From the NCBI GenBank assembly GCA_036172245.1, contig JAYWIR010000010.1:62001-126000 (forward strand): a stretch of 64,000 bases of DNA. The letters are read 5' to 3'. The stretch comes from Raillietiella orientalis (taxonomy: Eukaryota). Within the stretch, counting starts at the first letter, position 1, and every line of letters starts with the position of its first letter. The notes under the pieces were generated by a model. It was not told where the DNA came from and did not search any database. It saw only the letters and a list, made by a program, of their open reading frames with translations. The position numbers were made by a program, and so were the translations under genes. This document shows positions 61,666 through 64,000 of this stretch, in pieces.

Positions 61666-64000
61666 TGGAATGTCAACGGGCGACGTGCCGACGGCAGCAG
61701 ACGTGATGCAGCCACAACCCGCGAGAGTGCGACCTGGCCCTACTGTAGGAGATCCACGAGATCACCGCGGCAGACATCCAGAAGATCGAAACGATCGCGG
61801 GGATTCGCCTGTACTGCCAATGCGACGCCCGCAACACTTGTGGGGTCGCGTTATTTGTTAGGCCAGCAGTCGACGCTGCCGTGAAGGGCGTGTGGTTTGA
61901 TGACGGTCGGGTCGGCCTGCTGATTCTCAGGTGGTCCGACTCGATCGACTTAATCGTCACAAACGTGTATACCCCAGGGTCAAACAGGGGTACCGCGACC
62001 GTACCAGGTTGCTGGAAAGCCTGAAGAGCGACTTGCAGGCGGACACGAATGTGCGAAAGGCTCACCTGATGGCGGGCAGGTACGCTGGTCAGCCACTGCA
62101 AGAGATCGTTTCCAACCCACGGAAACTTCTGTTCGCTTTTTTCAGTCCCCTTGCCCCGTGCTGCCCTTCCTTACAGAAGCTAGGGACAGCCAAGAGGAGG
62201 CTTGTTACGAAGTGTCCTGCCTCATCGTAGGCAGGAAAAAACCAATGAAGGCGTGGACGTCCCGGGAACTAGCGGACGCTACAACCCCAAGTGTCCCGCC
62301 AAGTTGTGCGCTGGGGCGAGCTGCTCGGCATGCCTCCGGAGGAGGTGAAGTGGCTCCCGGCGTATTGGGACAGTGGCACCCTACCTTTGGATTGGCAGGA
62401 GACGGCGCTGCTTGTGCTCCCTTGGAGTCTTTTGAGCAGAGCGCGCTTGACTCACTGGACATTGGGGAGACTGGATGCCCATTGTACAGTGTGAGAAAAG
62501 GGAGACCTTCCCCCACTTACTCATCGAATGTGTTGCCCTCCGCCGAACGTGGGATCGACTCTCGTCGGCCATAAACGTAGCGGTGGGCGACCCTAAAAAC
62601 ATTTTTCGTTGCCTCTTGATGCGGAACTCCCTGCCAGGTGCCGCGTGTGTTGCAGTTCTCTGCTGCATACGAGGACTTCTGGACAAGTGGAACGCGTCGA
62701 TAAGAGGCCACAGCAGTCGGAATGCCATTCACTGGGCAGTGATCTCCTTGGAGAAGGTTTGCCATTGGCGTCGACTCAAGAAACATTTGCCAGTACTTGT
62801 TCGCATCCGGAACCGGATGCAGAGGCCTCCTCACGGCGTACCGTGATCCCCTCCCTTCCCCCCCCCCCCGCCCAAAGAACATTGCTCCCCCCAGCCGTTT
62901 TTCTTTGTTTTATTTTTGTTTTTTCCCGCCCCTGCGCCAGTGTGGAGGACCTTATCGGCCTGAGAGTAAGGACAAGTGCCCCAATACAGGCAAAAACTTC
63001 TTAAGTGACGTAAAAAAGAAAAACATTCTTAACAAAAAAAAGACTTCATTATCGAATTTTTTCTCAATGTAAAAAATTATAATAATAAAAGCTCCGGCTC
63101 ACCCGGGTGAAAAACCTGATAGCGGGAGATTTGAATCTCCGCCTGCTAACAGGTGAGCCCGAAACACAAGAGAACGTGAAAGTAGGTATGGAGGCCAACC
63201 TTTTCTTCGCGAGCACACGGTGTCAGGTGCAGAGTTGTGAACATAAATGAGAGCGTGTGGAAGGCTACCCCACTTTGGGGGCGCCGGCCGGGCAGGAAAG
63301 GGAAACTAGGGCGGGGAATGGGGCCCTAGCGATCGCGGTCGAACTCCACAAGGCGTTCGACTGCGTGGACCAGGAACTTCTCTTGGAGATCCTGGGTCGC
63401 ATGGGCTTCCCTCCCTCCCTACTAGCCTACCTGCGCTCCTGCTGGCGCAGCGCCATAATCAACGCCTCTTTCAGCACTCCACAGGTGTAGGCCGTGCCGG
63501 TGCGGCGGAGCATGCGGTAGGGCGATAGCCTGAGTCCCCTGCTCTTTAGCACCTACTTTGAGTTCGTGCTCAGAGCGTACAGGGTGACTTTGGCTGCCTT
63601 GCCTAGCTCGTGCCCCGGCACGCCCGCTGTAGCTGCATACGCAGACGATCTTCTGCTGATGTTGCCCATGTCCGCCCCGGCAGCCGCAGTCGAGGATTTC
63701 TTCGATCTGCTAAGCCGTGGGACTGGACTGCAGGTAAGCAAGGCGAAGTCGTCGGTGGTAGCGGTGGGTGCGATGTGGGTTGGACGGCCTGACTGGATCC
63801 GCTTGGGGATCCCCACGGCCAGGTACCTGAAGTACCTGGGTGTCCCGTTGGGGGACTTCTGCCTCGCAGAAGCCTGGTCAGGTCGTCTCCAAAAAGTGGA
63901 GTTGGCATTCGGGCCGTTCCTGGAAGGCAAGTTCCTTCTGCCGGAACGGGCCGCGGTGTGGAACGCGTTCGCGGCTCCCATCCTACGCCCCCTGCTTTTT
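61666..64000 (+). mobile_element. Degenerate B-like ORF2 (APE and RT, internally deleted), interrupted by element G
   Basis: APE segment similar to 31350-31820; LAIAVELHKAFDCVDQ, YADD and KYLG after 63300. Confidence 0.85.
62077..63113 (+). mobile_element. 5'-truncated Tx1 element G inserted at the APE 'HLIAGDFN' motif
   Basis: TSD ACCTGAT(G/A)GCGGG at 62064-62076 and 63114-63126; 3' motif at 63084-63113. Confidence 0.9.

Noticed and set aside
11985..63113. Recurring hairpin motif as a CRISPR-like array
   Set aside because: Spacing is irregular and kb-scale, on both strands, always at LINE 3' ends; no cas genes; eukaryotic context.
26000..64000. Numerous overlapping antisense and alternate-frame ORFs
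   Set aside because: Shadows of GC-rich LINE ORFs.

Overview
Eukaryotic (metazoan) genomic DNA. Bases 1-7100 are AT-rich with no supportable genes. From about 7.1 kb onward the window is a dense graveyard of inserted DNA. It holds at least six related families of Tx1/L1-clade non-LTR retrotransposons (ORF1 with RRM-like domain and two CCHC knuckles; ORF2 with APE, RT and zinc finger), nested inside one another with 12-14 bp target-site duplications (TSDs). It also holds a NUMT (rrnS-rrnL-nad1) split by a Tx1 insertion, duplicated fragments of an intron-containing CAP/Srv2-like gene, and a near unit-length ambisense CRESS-DNA virus genome (55825-58270: spliced Rep, Arg-rich Cap, TAGTATTAC stem-loop). 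The most striking pattern is that these retrotransposons appear to target each other at recurring positions. One family is inserted twice, antisense, at the identical nucleotide of the RT 'HKAFD' motif of sister elements, and the CRESS virus sits in a third element 2 nt from that same site. All families share a 5' GGACGTGTTTT-like motif and a 3' AATAAA + CCCGG..CCGGGT hairpin with no poly(A) tail. Most have a TAATG/TGATG ORF1-ORF2 stop-start junction or a mutated version of it. Family letters (A-G) are my own labels. All assignments come from reading motifs by eye; no searches were run.
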